From the NCBI GenBank assembly GCA_963841565.1, contig CAWJCY010000006.1, positions 224,001-288,000 on the forward strand: a DNA stretch of 64,000 nt. Direction: 5' to 3'. Within the stretch, counting starts at the first letter, position 1; each line of letters begins with the position of its first letter. The notes under the pieces were generated by a model. That model saw only the letters and a program-made list of their open reading frames with translations, made no database searches and was not told where the DNA came from. Shown piece after piece: positions 51,833-62,813 of the stretch. This DNA comes from an uncultured Nitrososphaerales archaeon. GTDB lineage: Archaea > Thermoproteota > Nitrososphaeria > Nitrososphaerales > Nitrososphaeraceae. Made by a program: the position numbers and the translations under genes.

Positions 51833-52400
51833 CTACATAAAATAATGGATTCTTTCATGCACAGTTCTTTCCTCTATGCTTTTAAAGAATGTCCCACAGT
51901 GACTACAAATGTACATACCAAACTGTTCAACGTCACCCTGTTTTAGTATTGTTAGAGTATCGGCGGACTCGGTATCTTCAGCTACCATGTACTCATCATA
52001 ATTGTTTCGTAGTATATTTTCTACGAAGAGTTTGAAATCCTTTAATGAACCATTGACCCACCGAACAGTGTATAGTTGGTCAGTATCATCTGCGAAACCA
52101 ACTATTTTATTTTCATTTCTGTCTGAGATCATTGAATTCGACTTGGTTTCAGTAATGCCAATCAAATTATCTTGAGAACCTAACTCTGTTTTGATACTCG
52201 CTATGATTGATGATCTTAATTCAAAAGGTAAATAGGAAAGATTTAACTTAATATTCAAATTTTCTCAGCAGATATCAAGTTTGAGAATTGTGAATCAATC
52301 AACAATGGCTGGGAACGTTCGGATCGGAGTCTAAGAGAGATTACGAACAACAGATGTGACGCTTTGCAAATTGAAAAAAATGGCTGGTAACTATCTGCAT
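51833..52400 (-). CDS. C2H2 zinc-finger protein; N-terminus probably extends to ATG 52400 through two -1 frameshifts
   Basis: C-terminal CSHC-x12-HERIH in ORF 51833..52258. Adding one base near 52390 and one near 52260 gives a continuous ~190-aa protein starting MQIVYQPFFSIC. Confidence 0.65.
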
Positions 52401-52526
52401 GTACCTGGAGTGGAAATCCGAGACGTGTGATTGCAAGCGTGCTTAATTGATATGACGTGGAAAGGATCATTTTAACGATTCATTGTTTGAATATTGAAAA
52501 AATTGTGACTAGAACAGATTCCAACT

Positions 52527-53090
52527 CTATGAAACATTAACATCGAAGTGATAGTCTAACGGCTCTACTAAATCTGTCTTGTCATTGTCTATCGTACTTA
52601 ACTCCAAATTTATATTATATGTACCACTTTGATTGAATACAGGGCCGCTAATCGTCATAGGAGATCCTGGATCTGCTATCCATGCGTTTGTAAGCACATC
52701 TTGGTTTCCCCCGATAGTGTGACTTGATGAACTTCCTCCTTTATCTTTGAACATCAATCTGACTTCGCCGGTATGATCGTGAAAGAAGTCAGACAATAAG
52801 TGTTTTCCATCCTTGGAAATATCCATTCTGAAGGTCACATGTTGAATATTTTCGTTTTTTCCTTCATCTAGGAATCCAATCGTCATTAGAACGTTGTCAC
52901 CTTGAGTAATATTCACCGGTTCTGTTTGCATATCTAATACCAGCTTTCTGTCTCCAATCGCTGCTGCTGGAGGTGGTGCACCGTGATGTTGAGCATTAAC
53001 TTCTTGATGGGATGGAGGATAGCCTATAACAGTGCCTCCAATGATAACGAAGGATGCAAAGATAATGAGACACATCCTGTATCTCGTCAT
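52527..53090 (-). CDS. Secreted or surface beta-sandwich protein with a His-His motif after the signal peptide
   Basis: Signal peptide, VNAQHHG, IQHVTFRMDISKDG..FFHDHTGEV, GPVFNQSGTYNI. Confidence 0.7.
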   Translation of the reverse strand: MTRYRMCLIIFASFVIIGGTVIGYPPSHQEVNAQHHGAPPPAAAIGDRKLVLDMQTEPVNITQGDNVLMTIGFLDEGKNENIQHVTFRMDISKDGKHLLSDFFHDHTGEVRLMFKDKGGSSSSHTIGGNQDVLTNAWIADPGSPMTISGPVFNQSGTYNINLELSTIDNDKTDLVEPLDYHFDVNVS

Positions 53091-53313
53091 GACAACCTTC
53101 GTTATAGTCTGCTAGAATATGAATTTAATCGGTATGTCCATTCATGCGCCAACAAATCAAGAGGGATGATATAGGTCAGCATCAATTTAAACGCTCAATA
53201 ATTGAGATGTCCCAGCCAATCTTACCAATAAAAGATTTTTCTAAGTAGGTTCTTGGTAATCTTTCGGCATAGATCGGAGAGCAGAGGGTGTTCCGCCTAC
53301 ATAAAAAATCATA

Positions 53314-54045
53314 TTACCTGCGCTCTTTAATCCTTCCTCTCCCAGTCTTCCTTGGGGCAATGTTTCCAACTTTTCTTCCCGGAGGCGTTGTTCTACCTAC
53401 TGAAGATTGACGTCCAATGTGCTGATGTCTGCCACCTCCATGTGGGTGATATACAGCTGCTTGAGCGATTCCCCTAACCTTGGGATAAAGCTTTCCACGT
53501 GAGTGCATATACCTTTCTTTGTTGCCAGCTTTCAGAAATGGTTTCTCTCTCCTTCCCCCTCCTGAGATCGCCCCTATCATAGCTCTGCATCTACGGTTTA
53601 GCATAGAAAACTTGCCTGAGGGAAATTTGATAGTAACGCCTTCCATGCCATGAGAAAACACTATAGCCGACGAACCAGCAGACTTTATCAACTTTCCTCC
53701 ATCACCAACATTCTTTTCAATATTGCATATTATGGTTCCATCTGGGATGGACTCTAGAGGAAGTATGTTTCTCGCAGTTGCACTAGCTCCTCGTCCCATT
53801 TCAATATTATCTCCGACTTTCGATCCATCGGAAGCAGGGATATAGGAATTAATACCATTTTCAAAACGCACTTTGGCTAATGGGGCATCCCTTCCCTTCT
53901 CATGAACCAAATCAACAATTACTCCAGAATGATTTTCTTCCAAATTATAATATGGATACTTTGCAGGAGCTATCTTGCCTACTATAATCGCTCTAAATTG
54001 TTTTCCTCCTCTTCCTCTTCTTCGGACTAAGGTTCTCTTCCCCAA
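53314..54045 (-). CDS. rpl2: 50S ribosomal protein L2
   Basis: RRRGRGG, HEKGRDAPLA, GGGR.EKPFLKAG, VRGIAQAAVYHPHGGG, PPGRKVG. Confidence 0.97.
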   Translation of the reverse strand: MGKRTLVRRRGRGGKQFRAIIVGKIAPAKYPYYNLEENHSGVIVDLVHEKGRDAPLAKVRFENGINSYIPASDGSKVGDNIEMGRGASATARNILPLESIPDGTIICNIEKNVGDGGKLIKSAGSSAIVFSHGMEGVTIKFPSGKFSMLNRRCRAMIGAISGGGRREKPFLKAGNKERYMHSRGKLYPKVRGIAQAAVYHPHGGGRHQHIGRQSSVGRTTPPGRKVGNIAPRKTGRGRIKERR

Positions 54046-54174
54046 CTTAAATAATCACATCAAGGATTCTGAATAGGTGATTTTAAGTTTATGCTAACAG
54101 TAGGTATCTTAGATGCTTCCTACGCATATTATTTGAATAGCAAAAACGAAGGCGAAAGCTAATAAGGTATAAAG

Positions 54175-56370
54175 ATGAGTAAAGTTCTAGGTATCTTCGT
54201 GAGCCAGAATACACTCTCGCTAAAAGTACTTGAAGCTTATACTAGAGACGTTGGCAGGGGAGTAGCTCGTATTGATTATGACTCGATGGATTCTCTCACC
54301 GCTTCTACAGGAGATGTTATCGAGATTAGAGGCAAACGTCGAACGGTGGCAAAGTGTTTACCGCTGTACCCCTCTGATGAAGGTAAGGGAATAATTCGTG
54401 TTGATGGTCTTGTACGTAATAATGCAGGTGTTGCTATAGGTGATACAGTAGTTGTAAGAAAGATAAAGGCAGTTCCAGCTGAAAAGGTAATAGTAGCACC
54501 GCTTGAAGCAATTCCACCTATTGATGAAAGGTATCTTGCAGATGCACTTGAAAGTGTACCTCTGATCAAAGGCGATAATGTCATGGTTCCATATTTTGGT
54601 GGAAGACTTACTTTCCAGGTTATCGGGGTTACACCAGCCGGTAGTGATGCAGTGTTGGTCACTCAAAAGACTGTCTTCCACATAGCCGAGAAGGGTGAGA
54701 CATTAAGGGGAGTGCCACAAGTTACCTACGAAGACATAGGTGGCTTGAAGGACGAGATTCAAAAAGTACGTGAGATGATTGAGCTTCCTTTAAGACATCC
54801 AGAGATATTTGAGAAATTAGGAATTGAAGCTCCTAAAGGTGTGCTTCTATTTGGACCCCCTGGAACTGGTAAGACACTGTTGGCAAAAGCTGTCGCCAAT
54901 GAAAGTAATGCTCACTTTATCAGTATATCAGGACCTGAAATAATGAGTAAATTCTATGGAGAATCTGAAGCACGTTTAAGGGAAATCTTTAAGGAAGCGA
55001 AGGAGAAGTCACCTTCGATAATATTCATTGATGAGATAGATTCAATCGCACCAAAGAGAGAAGAGGTAACTGGTGAGGTGGAACGACGAGTTGTCTCTCA
55101 ATTACTTTCATTGATGGATGGTTTAGAAGCTAGAGGAAAGGTTATAGTCATTGCTGCAACCAATAGGCCAAATGCCATAGATCCAGCATTACGCAGACCA
55201 GGTAGATTTGACAGAGAAATTGAGATCAAAGTTCCTGACAAACGAGGTAGACTGGAGATATTACAGATTCATACACGGAATATGCCTCTGGATACTGATG
55301 TAGATCAAGATAAGATTGCTGGTGTAACTCATGGATTTGTAGGTGCAGATCTTGAATATTTGTGTAAAGAAGCAGCTATGAAGTGTTTGAGAAGACTTCT
55401 ACCTGAACTCAACATGGAGGATGAAAAACTTGCTCCAGAGGTTCTAAATAAACTAGTAGTTACTATGGCTGATTTTGAAAACGCTGTAAAGGAAGTCATG
55501 CCATCTGCAATGAGGGAAGTATACCTGGAATCTCCAGATGTTCCATGGACTGACATAGGGGGATTAGATGACGTTAAGCGGGAATTACAAGAGGCTGTAG
55601 AATGGCCACTTCGCTATCCTGACCTCTATACGAAGTTGGGCCACACCATGCCTAAAGGATTACTGATGTATGGACCTTCAGGTACGGGGAAAACCTTGTT
55701 GGCGAAAGCTGTAGCCACAGAATCGGAAGCCAATTTCATTAGCGTTCGAGGTCCAGAATTGCTTAGCAAGTGGGTAGGAGAATCCGAAAGAGGTATACGT
55801 GAAATATTTAGAAGAGCTAGACAAGCATCTCCATGCGTGGTATTTTTTGATGAGATTGATTCAATTGTACCAACGCGTGGTATGGGCGGAGACAGCATGG
55901 TCACTGAAAGAGTGGTATCTCAATTGCTGACTGAATTGGATGGTATACAAACCTTATCGGGGGTCGTGGTTTTAGCGGCAACAAATAGGTCAGACATGAT
56001 AGATCCGGCATTGTTGAGACCAGGACGATTTGATAAAATAGTATTCGTTCCCATGCCTGATAAACTTGCTAGACAAAAGATACTTGAAATTCATTCGAAG
56101 GATAAACCAATAGATCCAGATATAGATTTGAGCAAGATCTCTGATCTTACGGATGGCTTCAGCGGAGCAGATACGGGCTCGGTAACAAACACCGCTGTTT
56201 CATTAGTACTACATGAATACTTAGCTAGATACCCGACACCTGAAGAGGCTGCTAAACACGTAGCAGAGGCTCATGTGATGATGCGTCACTTTGAAGAGGC
56301 AGTGAAGAAAATCAAAGCTCAACGTGAGGGAAAACCGGGGGAAAGAGTTACGGTTCCATATTATCGATAA
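54175..56370 (+). CDS. cdc48: CDC48/VCP-family AAA+ ATPase (start may be GTG 54199)
   Basis: N domain plus two AAA modules: GPPGTGKT and [20 protein letters not shown] twice. Confidence 0.97.
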   Translation: MSKVLGIFVSQNTLSLKVLEAYTRDVGRGVARIDYDSMDSLTASTGDVIEIRGKRRTVAKCLPLYPSDEGKGIIRVDGLVRNNAGVAIGDTVVVRKIKAVPAEKVIVAPLEAIPPIDERYLADALESVPLIKGDNVMVPYFGGRLTFQVIGVTPAGSDAVLVTQKTVFHIAEKGETLRGVPQVTYEDIGGLKDEIQKVREMIELPLRHPEIFEKLGIEAPKGVLLFGPPGTGKTLLAKAVANESNAHFISISGPEIMSKFYGESEARLREIFKEAKEKSPSIIFIDEIDSIAPKREEVTGEVERRVVSQLLSLMDGLEARGKVIVIAATNRPNAIDPALRRPGRFDREIEIKVPDKRGRLEILQIHTRNMPLDTDVDQDKIAGVTHGFVGADLEYLCKEAAMKCLRRLLPELNMEDEKLAPEVLNKLVVTMADFENAVKEVMPSAMREVYLESPDVPWTDIGGLDDVKRELQEAVEWPLRYPDLYTKLGHTMPKGLLMYGPSGTGKTLLAKAVATESEANFISVRGPELLSKWVGESERGIREIFRRARQASPCVVFFDEIDSIVPTRGMGGDSMVTERVVSQLLTELDGIQTLSGVVVLAATNRSDMIDPALLRPGRFDKIVFVPMPDKLARQKILEIHSKDKPIDPDIDLSKISDLTDGFSGADTGSVTNTAVSLVLHEYLARYPTPEEAAKHVAEAHVMMRHFEEAVKKIKAQREGKPGERVTVPYYR

Positions 56371-56714
56371 TATCGATACTTACTATGGTAAATCCCTCAA
56401 AATCAGCATGTTGAATTCAAACAGGCGTCAGGCTACCGTAAATTTTCATCTATTGCATTATATTGGGAAGATGATACCCCGATAGTCGGCATGGTAATGC
56501 AATTTGTATGAATTTTCCTTTTGACTTACGCGAAGGAGCATGCAGCAACAGTAGTCTATGTACAACCTATCACAATCAATTGAAGAAAGTGCGTTCCTTT
56601 TGCCTTGGTGATGCATCTTGTAAATAGGGGAAATATTAATACTCGAATCCGTCCTAGACTAAATGGAGCAATGTTTTTAAGTTATATGATTTACCGTTAA
56701 CTAACAAAAAAGAA

Positions 56715-58064
56715 TTGGTGGAAAATTCGCAACTTCAGTTAACAAAAAAACTAAATCTAACAACACATCGCATCAATCATTTTGCAGAACCCAATGATAT
56801 TGAGAGGCTCGCTATACGTTATGGCACTCCTCTGTACATTATCGATGAAAGTACCCTACATAAGAAGGTGCGTGATCTTCGAAACGCTTACTCTAAGTTC
56901 AATGGGCATGTGAAGCTTGCATATTCGGTAAAGGCAAATTTCACTCCCGCTATTTTAATCGCTTTCATTAGAGACGGAGTCACTTTCGACATTACTTCGT
57001 TAGGAGAGCTGCACTTCCTAAGAAGATGCAAGGCACCCCCTGAAAATATAATATATACTAGCGTTACCGAAGAATTTCAAGAATACTATGAAGTGTTGCA
57101 AGCGGGGATAAAAAAGGTTGTAGTTAGCTCCTTTAGCGGTATGACTAATTTGGCCAAAGCAGCGCAAGAGCTCGCTGTCAAACCTCTGACATTGATCAGA
57201 GTTAATCCAGAGGTTGGTGTGAAAGCAGAGATACGTGCCTCATATAGGAATGGAAAATTCGGTGTTCCTTTTAATGGCGGCACCATCGACAGTGCTACAA
57301 AAATGGTCAAGCATCTTATGGATAATGATTTGCTGCTTTTTGAGGGATTTCATTTCCATCTCGGATCTCAAATCACAGATTTCTCTTGTTTTATCCATGC
57401 TATAGATAAAATGCACAACTTTATGACAAAGATGAAAAAAGAGTTTCCGAAATTTACCGCTAATACGTTAGACATAGGTGGAGGTACCCCAGTATATTAT
57501 AACGAGTCTGTGCCAACTCCTTCACAAATGGCAGACAGTTACGTGCCAAGGCTCAACAGATTGATCCAATCACATGGACCATTTGATCTTTTGATTGAAA
57601 GCGGAAGATATCTTGTTGCAGAATCATCCATGCTAATATCAAAGATAGTAAACACAAAGGAGTATAATGAACAAAAAATAGTAATAGTGGATACAGGGTA
57701 CCATCTTTTATTAGATGCGGCGCTTCTAAAGCAAGAGTACCCACAAGAAACAGTATTCACGCTAGGCTCTAGCAATGAACAAGACCGTAGTACAAGTGAT
57801 AAAAGCATTCACTTGGCGGGTCGACTGTGCGATACATATGATGTATTTCCCCAATCTAAGGCTTCTGATCTTACTGGTGCAAGGAGTGGTAGATATGTTT
57901 CATTTTACAACGTAGGTGCGTATTCTGTCGTCTTCAATATGCCTTTCCATTGCCAGACGAAACCTTCCATTGTAATGAAGACCATCAACGGCGAATACAA
58001 GTTAGTTAGAAGAGGAACCTCATATGAACAATTGTTTATCGACGAGGGTGGAAGCCTAATCTAA
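56715..58064 (+). CDS. PLP-dependent fold-III decarboxylase (DAP/Orn/Arg decarboxylase family)
   Basis: YGTPLYIID, YSVKAN (PLP lysine), KFG, HFHLGSQ, LDIGGG, ESGRY, GRLCDTYD, GAY. Confidence 0.88.
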   Translation: MVENSQLQLTKKLNLTTHRINHFAEPNDIERLAIRYGTPLYIIDESTLHKKVRDLRNAYSKFNGHVKLAYSVKANFTPAILIAFIRDGVTFDITSLGELHFLRRCKAPPENIIYTSVTEEFQEYYEVLQAGIKKVVVSSFSGMTNLAKAAQELAVKPLTLIRVNPEVGVKAEIRASYRNGKFGVPFNGGTIDSATKMVKHLMDNDLLLFEGFHFHLGSQITDFSCFIHAIDKMHNFMTKMKKEFPKFTANTLDIGGGTPVYYNESVPTPSQMADSYVPRLNRLIQSHGPFDLLIESGRYLVAESSMLISKIVNTKEYNEQKIVIVDTGYHLLLDAALLKQEYPQETVFTLGSSNEQDRSTSDKSIHLAGRLCDTYDVFPQSKASDLTGARSGRYVSFYNVGAYSVVFNMPFHCQTKPSIVMKTINGEYKLVRRGTSYEQLFIDEGGSLI

Positions 58065-58131
58065 TGTGCCGCTATAACAACAGGGATGAAATGTGCCCTG
58101 ATGTACCTGTCATGGATTATTCATTAGTACA

Positions 58132-58440
58132 ATGAACGACTTGGACCGGAATAAGAATTGCCAAATTAAGATCAGAGCACATATCGTAGTTAGAGGTAAG
58201 GTACAAGGAGTTTATTTCAGACAGAATGCTCAGCGCATTTGTAATGAATATGGAGTTACAGGTTGGGTACTCAACGTGGATGATGGTAGCGTTGAGGCGA
58301 TCCTCGAGGGTGACAAGAATTCTGTTGAAGATGCAATTAGTTGGTTTAGGGTGGGGCCTCCGGATGCTCACGTAGAAAAGATTGAACTGAGCTATGATAG
58401 GTACTCAGGGGAATTTGAAGATTTCAAGATAAGCTACTAG
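58132..58440 (+). CDS. acyP: Acylphosphatase
   Basis: VRGKVQGVYFR, GWVLNVDDGSVE, GPP. Confidence 0.93.
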   Translation: MNDLDRNKNCQIKIRAHIVVRGKVQGVYFRQNAQRICNEYGVTGWVLNVDDGSVEAILEGDKNSVEDAISWFRVGPPDAHVEKIELSYDRYSGEFEDFKISY

Positions 58441-58571
58441 GCGCGCCTTTCATGATCTCAGATCTAAACATCCCCTTTCATCTCAGTAGAAAGAAGTTGA
58501 TAGAGCTAAAAAATTCGAAGTTCATGTGTCAAATCAACATAGTCAAATAACCTACTCCCTCATTTACGATT

Positions 58572-59351
58572 TTGAAACTATCCACCCAACTACATAAAGT
58601 AATGGAAGAGGAATTGAAAGATGCTTTAGGAGACGAGAAATCAGTAGCGGTAGCCTTCTCTGGTGGACTTGATAGCTCAGTGCTTGCAAAGATGTGCAGA
58701 GATTTGAATAGGTCAGTGACATTATTGACGGTGGGATTTGAGGGTTCACACGATATGATCTTTTCTGAGATTGTTGCTTCCCAGCTATTGTTCCCTCATA
58801 AGAAACATATTATCCAACAGGATGAATTCTATGAAAACCTCAATAGGGTAAAACGGAGAATCAATTGCGGAATTGCGTCACATTTGGAAAACTGTATTGC
58901 CTATTTATTTGTAGCTCGTTTGGCTAAAGAAAATGGTTTCAATACAGTACTGACTGCGAATGGAATAGACGAACTTTTCTGTGGCTACAATCAATATCGA
59001 TTTGTATATAAATATGGTAAATCTAGTATTATGGAACTTATGCACGGGAAGATTCTAAATGAATTGTTACTAATGAAGGAAATTGCAAAAGTAGCCTCTT
59101 CCTACGGAGTAACTATCAAAAAACCGTTTCTGTCAGAGAAGTTCATCGATTTTGCAAACACAATTCCAATCGACGAGAAAATAAAGAGCGAAGATGATAT
59201 GCTTAGGAAACACATCATACGTAGGCTTGCAAGAGATATGGGAGTACCACAGAAAGCTGCTCTGAAACCCAAAAAGGCATTGCAGTATGGCTCTTTGATT
59301 CACAAATATTTTATTAAGCAGAAACATCACGATCAACGCGAATGTCTTTAG
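58572..59351 (+). CDS. Asparagine synthase C-terminal (ATP pyrophosphatase) domain protein
   Basis: VAFSGGLDSS PP-loop, LTANGIDELFCGY, PFL, KHIIR, PKKALQYGS. No glutaminase domain. Confidence 0.85.
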   Translation: MKLSTQLHKVMEEELKDALGDEKSVAVAFSGGLDSSVLAKMCRDLNRSVTLLTVGFEGSHDMIFSEIVASQLLFPHKKHIIQQDEFYENLNRVKRRINCGIASHLENCIAYLFVARLAKENGFNTVLTANGIDELFCGYNQYRFVYKYGKSSIMELMHGKILNELLLMKEIAKVASSYGVTIKKPFLSEKFIDFANTIPIDEKIKSEDDMLRKHIIRRLARDMGVPQKAALKPKKALQYGSLIHKYFIKQKHHDQRECL

Positions 59352-59382
59352 GCTTTCGACCAACGGATGCAGGGGTCTTATT

Positions 59383-60765
59383 TTAAGATGGCTGAGCATA
59401 TTTGAGCTGTGCATTATGGACCATTTTTGCTATGTTTTGAATTATAGTTGTCGATGCTGAAAGATGATTACTTGGCTCAAAAATGTCAATTAATTCTTCG
59501 GATGTCAAACGTTTTCCCAATTCTGAATCATTTCGAATGGCGTCGAGAAATGACTGATTATTTTCGATTGCTGAGAAGGCAACTCTCTGTATGTCTCGAT
59601 AAGCGTCAAATCGAGGAATCCCTTTCTTTATGAATTGGTCTAACACGAATTCTGCGTGGATTTGGCCATTTGTCATTTTCAAGTTCGAAATAATTCTATC
59701 TTTGTGAATCACCAAATTGGTGAGGATATTTATCATTAAATTTAACATTTCATCCAATAGAATAGCTGTCATAGGAATCGTAAATCTTTCGTTGGCTGAG
59801 TTTGACAAATCACGTTCGTGCCATAGAGAAACGTTTTCCATTGCAACACCTACCAGCGCTCGCAAAAGTCTGGATAAAGATGAAATCCTCTCGCTTTTTA
59901 TGGGATTGCGTTTAACTGGAACCGCGCTACTTCCTATCTGACCTCTTTTGAAGTGTTCAGAAACTTCTCCAATTTCTGTTCTCTGCAAATTTCTGATTTC
60001 AACTGCCATTCTGTCCAAGGTCGCTCCTACAAGAGCAAGGACAAACTGAGCTTCTGCATATCGTTCCCGAGGGACTACTTGGGTTGCAGCGTCGACTGGA
60101 AATAAACCCAGCCTGTCAGCGACTAATCTTTGCACTTCTAATGCATGGTTGCCCATCACAGATCCTGTTCCAACTACTCCTAGTGTCTTGCAAACCAGAA
60201 ATCGCTTTTTCCCCTCGTCAATTCTTTCCAAGTGTCGGACAATTTCTGATGCCCAGACAGCGAACTTAAGACCGAAAGCAATTACACTGGCATGCTGACC
60301 ATGAGTCCTACCAACTGCTGGCAAATCTTTGAATTGCAGAGCTCGCTCCGATAAGACCCTTGCTAACTTAAGTAATTTGTTTTCGATAATCTTTAACGAG
60401 TCCTTTAGTTGCAAAGATGTACTTGTATCTACTATATCGCTACTCGTTAAGCCATAGTGTACCCATGGTTTAGCTATCTCTGAACATTCTTCAGCAACTG
60501 ATTCTACGAATGCAGCAGTATCATGTTCACTAATCGACTCCAACTCCTTTATCCGTTTCAAGCTTATTCTATTAGAATTCGCGACATCTGCAATTTCCTT
60601 GGAGGCATTTTTTGGGATCACTCCTAATTCGCCTTGTGCCATAGCAACTTCTGCTTCAAATTTCAACTGGTAGTCTAGCTTACGATTGTCATCAAATATC
60701 TCTCGAATTTCTTTGCTTCCATAGCGACCACTATCTAGGGGTAAAATAGGCATCAGTGATTGCAA
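59383..60765 (-). CDS. purB: Adenylosuccinate lyase
   Basis: RYGSKE, HYGLTSSD, GRTHGQHA, GSSAVPVKRNP, WHERDLSNSANER. Confidence 0.96.
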   Translation of the reverse strand: MQSLMPILPLDSGRYGSKEIREIFDDNRKLDYQLKFEAEVAMAQGELGVIPKNASKEIADVANSNRISLKRIKELESISEHDTAAFVESVAEECSEIAKPWVHYGLTSSDIVDTSTSLQLKDSLKIIENKLLKLARVLSERALQFKDLPAVGRTHGQHASVIAFGLKFAVWASEIVRHLERIDEGKKRFLVCKTLGVVGTGSVMGNHALEVQRLVADRLGLFPVDAATQVVPRERYAEAQFVLALVGATLDRMAVEIRNLQRTEIGEVSEHFKRGQIGSSAVPVKRNPIKSERISSLSRLLRALVGVAMENVSLWHERDLSNSANERFTIPMTAILLDEMLNLMINILTNLVIHKDRIISNLKMTNGQIHAEFVLDQFIKKGIPRFDAYRDIQRVAFSAIENNQSFLDAIRNDSELGKRLTSEELIDIFEPSNHLSASTTIIQNIAKMVHNAQLKYAQPS

Positions 60766-60952
60766 TTGATCTGAAATAATAAAATTGTTATGAAGTATCT
60801 TTCAGAATGAAACAGTACTTTTTGCTTTATACATTTTGAAAACACAGATGACTTAATACGTCACGCTTTTAATGTATTCGTTGATGCTTGTGGGTCACTC
60901 TATGATTTGAAAGCTTAATTATGGGATATGTGTCCTATCATAGGATATTCCA

Positions 60953-62419
60953 TTGCCTTATAAAGTTACTGATGGTAAAATAGAACCTTTGTCATTTACC
61001 CCAAGCGAGGTTATGCGGAGATTAAGGGTTGATAAAATCAAATTCATTGATCTACAGTTTACTGGTTTAACAGGACGGTTTCATCATACTACTGTGGCCG
61101 CCAATATGTTTCGCGCTGAAGACTTCGAAGTTGGGCTTCCGAAAGTTGATGGATCATCGATACGTGGATTCACAGAAATACAGGAATCCGATTTAATAAT
61201 AATGCCTGATCCCTCTACATATGCTACTATCCCGTGGATTGAAAAAGATCAGACTGCCCGATTGATTTGCGATGTTATTAAAGGAGATTCTAGACGGGAT
61301 GCATTTGTCAGAGACCCCAGAGGAATTGCAGATAAAGCAGAGAAATATGTTCGTAAGAAAGGTTATGAATATTCTTACTGGGGCCCTGAAGTTGAATTTT
61401 TTGTTTTCGACAAACTTGAGGTAAATACGATGACTCCTTATCATGGTCAAAGCTATAAAATTACTTCCAGGGAATCACCATGGTCGGCGGAAGGCGCAGG
61501 TTACGCCCTTCGTTTAAAGGAAGGCTACCTTCCCAGTGCCCCAGGAGATAGTCTAATGGAGTTTCGAAATGAATGCGTAGATGTGCTGAGCAATAACTTT
61601 GGGATTGTTTGTGATGCACACCACCATGAGGTAGCAACTGCCGGTCAGTGTGAAATCGATATTCGATACGATACTCTGGTTAATTCCGCAGATTCGGTAC
61701 AAAGTTATAAATACATTGTGAAAAATGTAGCCAAGAAACATGGTATGATTGCTACAATGATGCCAAAACCTATTGCGTTGGATAATGGTTCGGGGATGCA
61801 TGTTAATGTAAGCCTGTGGAAAGATAACAGAAATCTATTCTTTGATGCTAATGATAAATATGCAGAAGTATCTGAGCTTGCGAGATATTTTGGAGGTGGA
61901 GTGCTAGACCATGCTCCTGCGTTGGCTGCCATAGTCGCTCCGACTACAAATTCATACCGTCGTTTAGTTCCAGGGTATGAAGCTCCCGTATACATCTCAT
62001 GGAGTACGGGAAACAGATCGGCCATAATTAGGATCCCTGCCCACTATAAAGGTGAAAGGTTCTCGGCGTATAAGCGACTTGAATTTAGGGCACCCGATCC
62101 TTCTTGTAATCCATACCTAGCTTTTTCAGCAATAATGGCCGCTGGATTTGATGGTATCAATAAGCATAGCTCAATAGGAGACCCAATTGGTGAGGATATT
62201 TTTAAAATGACCCCTAAAAGAAGAGCTGAACTTGGCATAAGACAACTGCCAACTAGTTTACGTGATGCTTGCGAGGAATTAAGGAGTGACAGAGAATTCC
62301 TGAAGCCGATATTTAGCGATGATACAATTGATTCGATCTTAGAACAAGAAATTAATGACTACAATGAGGTAGCTGTGAGACCTCATCCCCACGAATTTTC
62401 GATGTATGCCGATGTATGA
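60953..62419 (+). CDS. glnA: Glutamine synthetase type I
   Basis: DGSSIRGF, GPEVEFF, HHHEVATAGQCEI, MPKP..NGSGMH, NSYRRLVPGYEAP, RLEFRAPDPSCNPY. Confidence 0.97.
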   Translation: MPYKVTDGKIEPLSFTPSEVMRRLRVDKIKFIDLQFTGLTGRFHHTTVAANMFRAEDFEVGLPKVDGSSIRGFTEIQESDLIIMPDPSTYATIPWIEKDQTARLICDVIKGDSRRDAFVRDPRGIADKAEKYVRKKGYEYSYWGPEVEFFVFDKLEVNTMTPYHGQSYKITSRESPWSAEGAGYALRLKEGYLPSAPGDSLMEFRNECVDVLSNNFGIVCDAHHHEVATAGQCEIDIRYDTLVNSADSVQSYKYIVKNVAKKHGMIATMMPKPIALDNGSGMHVNVSLWKDNRNLFFDANDKYAEVSELARYFGGGVLDHAPALAAIVAPTTNSYRRLVPGYEAPVYISWSTGNRSAIIRIPAHYKGERFSAYKRLEFRAPDPSCNPYLAFSAIMAAGFDGINKHSSIGDPIGEDIFKMTPKRRAELGIRQLPTSLRDACEELRSDREFLKPIFSDDTIDSILEQEINDYNEVAVRPHPHEFSMYADV

Positions 62420-62440
62420 TGATGATGATGTTGTTGTTGC
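62417..62440 (+). repeat. Microsatellite (TGA)4(TGT)3TGC starting at the glnA stop
   Basis: Directly visible in the sequence. Confidence 0.8.
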
Positions 62441-62813
62441 TATAGACTGAAAAAACGCTCCTGTTAGAAAATATGGTATCAATCTAATATATTGCGCGGA
62501 GCTAGATTATTTTAATTGTCCAAGGTGTATATTTTTGAAAAAGTTTCTATTGATATCCAGTCTGATCTTAAGAATGAGAACAGGGTGTTAAGTGGGATTC
62601 TTATAGAAAGCATACCAGTCCAACTAAGGACCAGAAAATGATCAGATGACATGTAAACGAGTGACCTCAATTGTGACCTACACAAATTAATTGAGATCTA
62701 ACTCAAGCTGTAGACACCGAGAATAAGTCACATGATCACTTCTCACCGAAGTCTGAAGATGTAAAAATCAATAAAGGATCTAAAATTAATTTTATTAATT
62801 CAGTATTATGCCT

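Noticed and set aside
56358-56373. 16-bp palindrome ATATTATCGATAATAT over the cdc48 stop
   Set aside because: AT-rich and partly dictated by the YYR* codons; no other support.
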